A stretch of 53,044 nt of DNA, filler included, from Catajapyx aquilonaris (taxonomy: Eukaryota), in the NCBI GenBank assembly GCA_000934665.2. It is 3 parts of 3 records of this genome, joined end to end, with 100 filler letters (N's around TTAATTAATTAA, not from the genome) between each part and the next. Parts side by side here need not be neighbours in the genome. Positions count along the whole stretch, not along the records: positions 35,458 to 53,044 come from KZ539616.1; 2 more parts are not named here. One strand, given 5' to 3'. Shown here in pieces: positions 50,225 through 53,044 of the stretch. Position 1 is the first letter of the stretch; each line of letters starts with the position of its first letter. The notes beneath the pieces were generated by a model. That model was given only the letters and a program-made list of their open reading frames with translations, was not told where the DNA came from and ran no database searches. The translations under genes were made by a program, and so were the position numbers.

Positions 50225-51321
50225 CAGAACAAATTAATATTGGAATCACACATTAGTCAGGTCACTAGCTCATTAAAAGTAACACATTTTACTTTTGCAG
50301 TATAGGCTCTGGCAAGATATGACACTATTAGATGTCACCAAGAGCAGTCTCACATGAAGCCTGAGGTTATAAAAGAGTGCATGACTGTTACGAATTGTGC
50401 CGCAGGGTGTATGTGTGTATACGTATATAGAGTTGTGCATGTGTGCGAGCATGTATGGGTGTGAACGTATGCCTAGCAGCAGGTAAACGACCTTATATGG
50501 CAGTCACCTGCTCGATCGATCTAGAAATGAGCGCATACAGCAAAATCGGGGAGGGGTTTCCTGATGCGCAGTTTTAGCTCCAAAAAATGATTGCCACAAT
50601 ACAATAAATATGCATGATGTGTTTTTTGCGTTTTGTTTTTGTTAGATTTTGTTATTGGTGTGTTTTAATAACAACTCTTCTCGTCGTCTCATTCACATGA
50701 CCGCATGTTGTTTTGGGTAATGTCAGCCATATGTGCGTGTCAAACTATTTCAAATATTCGCAAGGACACGCATTATTTTCATGATCGCCATAGAGAGATT
50801 ATGGCTATATCCTTCCATAAAGCTACAAGTAGTTTCCAGATGTGGGGCCATGTTGCAATCTGAATGAATTGCGGCGGTATCGACCAATTGGCTTACAAGA
50901 TTGGGAATCCAGGCAGTTTCGTGAATGCAGTTCGATGCAGACCTGATTGGTGTCACATATATTTAGGAAATCTTGTAATCCAGATTCGATATAGCAGAAT
51001 GAGGTCGTACGATTTTACGAGCCTTCTATAAAAGTAATTATTTTCAACACTAGTAGAAAAATAATCACGATTTATGCCTCACATAATACTCTTGTATTCA
51101 TCTATCGTAGTCTCGGGTTCTATAATTCCAAACCCGGACCTTCCTTATGTATATACCCCATTCATTTTCAGCAAAAATAATTATTCAGTAATACCTGAAT
51201 CCCTTTCATGTAAGGTAAAGTTCGGTTTAATTGTAAGTAAGTCCTGGGTATAAATATGAAGTCTCTAACCTAAATAATGTAGTACGTAATATTGTTGAAG
51301 AATATGGAGATTCAATAAAAC

Positions 51322-51650
51322 TTGGTTGATAAGCAAGCACTCGCTCTCAAAGGGAGCTCAACAAGTTGGGAAAATGAGGGAACTGTAGAGAGAAAAATTC
51401 TACTTCCAGGAAATAGTCTTTTGGAATGTCAATGGCGCGATAAACTGGTTAAGTTCGGAACATGCACAAAAATTTTCCTCGACTGGAAAGAAGGGCTGGG
51501 TGGAACGGACGTAGGAACAAAATCACTTGTCAGATTCAATTTCGAAAAGGAGAGGGTGGGATAAAAGGGAGCTGAGTAGGAAATTCAATGTGCATTCTGG
51601 TACCATTTTATCTTGCTAGGTAACAAGTTATATATTTGCAGAGTTCGTGT
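51322..51650 (+). mobile_element. Possible old LINE ORF2 3' remnant
   Basis: QWRDKLVKFGTCTKIFLDWKEGLG...GTKSLVRF, then HFIL. Loosely similar to the W...M..K..L..Y..WK..I...GS.LLF and CCHC region of LINE ORF2. Confidence 0.3.
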
Positions 51651-52752
51651 ATTACGCAAATAATCCTAGCTTTTTGGCATTAATGGTCGAGACTTTATAA
51701 AACAAACATTTTATAGAAATTCAGGATGCTCTTAACTGAAATGCTCCAAATGATTAGAAATATTTTGGCTATAACTGCTTCAAAAGAAGCAGTTACTTTG
51801 AAATAGTTACTATTAGTCGTTATACTGTATTAGCTGCTAATATTATGGCTCGTGGTCATGGACCCATCCGTTTTAACGCCTGCAAGGGGACGGGCAAAAA
51901 GTGGGTTCTATCATTTATATTCGATGCCAATAATTAATTGTCCCAATGGGTCATTCCTAATCGAAAATCCATTGCAAGTTCAGAGCTTGAGAAGCTGAAT
52001 CAATTCGGGTTAATGGTAGCATCTAATACTTGAACCACTAAAATAACTTCTCTGACGTGTATTCTTATTCTAGTGGCAAAAATCCTGTTACTAAAACTGA
52101 AAATTCAAATGGCACACCATGTGCAGAAAATTATTGTGTAGTTCTTTGATTCGAATTATTTTTCACTATGTTGGCATATGCAAAACATAGTGAAAAAATT
52201 CGAAAAATTAATGATTTCTACATACATTAGATTAGAATTTTGATCGTGAACAGTCGGACAAAAGTTGATACTATTTAGTACGTATGTTTCATACATATCA
52301 AGATGACGTCATCTCATGTGATATTATGTCAGTGTCATATCAATCATATTAAATGAGAGGTGATTTTTCTCATGTTTATAATGACACGCATGATAGCACG
52401 GAAATTCACCACTTCTCAGCTCCTAAAGCTATGTTTTTTATACATTTGAGATTGTTATTTTGATAATCCAGAAGTCTTCTTAGTAGGTGTTCGTACTCCA
52501 ACTAAGAAACCTACGAATTTACTGGCACATGCATCAGTTGGGGTACAATATTATCTTGCGTACTGCAGAAACAATATTGCATTAGCCATGCGAAGCTATT
52601 AATGCGTATTAATGTTTAGTGACATCATTTCCTTCCCCAATCTCACAACATCGCCAATGGAAATAGGGCAGAATATGGTTGTCAGCTAGATTTTGACACG
52701 TCTAGAAAGAATACTTCCAGGCCAATTTGTGCAAAATCTATTTTTTTAAACG

Positions 52753-52950
52753 TTACCCCGTGATAGGGCCTGAGGCCCTTATAGGAGGGTGGAATACCGC
52801 CATTTTCCCTTCAATTTTCTGATTTTTTCTTCTAACTCCGGTGCAAGGATGAAAGGACATGGGGTAAGGATGGGGATTTTTTGGGGAGAGAACATGGGTG
52901 CAAGTGCAATGTCTGATATGGGGCCACGTGCAGTCCCCCAAGAGGTTACC
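52753..52950 (-). mobile_element. 5'-truncated SINE (central domain plus tail)
   Basis: taccccgtg.tagggcctgaggccct.ataggagggtggaataccgcca tail and gggccacgtgcagtcccccaagagg central domain match the 46438 copy. Confidence 0.8.
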
Positions 52951-53044
52951 CTTACCAAAATTTAACATAGCCGCGAGCTTGCCGCTAGGTCGCCAGAAGC
53001 TGGCGAGCTCGCCTCAGGATAGCCGCCACGTCGCGGGACCTCGC

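Noticed and set aside
52948..53044. CCC-initiated GC-rich segment truncating the last SINE (possible DNA transposon end)
   Set aside because: Cut by the window edge, so the partner TIR is not visible.

Overview
Eukaryotic, probably arthropod-like, draft genomic DNA in three contigs joined by 100-bp N/TTAATTAATTAA linkers (17582-17681 and 35358-35457). Contig 1 (1-17581) has no intact gene. Read by manual translation across stops and frameshifts, it is a dense mosaic of heavily eroded transposon coding fragments, and all that I could assign lie on the + strand: Helitron Rep/Pif1 helicase, a Helentron/Helitron2-type RepHel, NeSL/Utopia- and R4-like RTs, CR1 esterase/RT, and an APE-LINE. Three mutually related, apparently intronless plexin-like Sema-domain pseudogene pieces are interleaved on the - strand. 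The best candidate for a novel system is a Helitron-type element carrying a captured plexin Sema gene, lying in a possible flamenco-like uni-strand piRNA cluster. Contigs 2-3 hold the first coding exon of a TMTC1-like O-mannosyltransferase (30393-30631) and no further recognisable exon. They also hold tRNA-derived SINEs with TSDs, several MITEs (Tc1/mariner, hAT with a nested Harbinger, Kolobok), long palindromes and old retroelement scraps. Protein assignments of the decayed pieces are by eye from remembered family motifs, and their boundaries are approximate.
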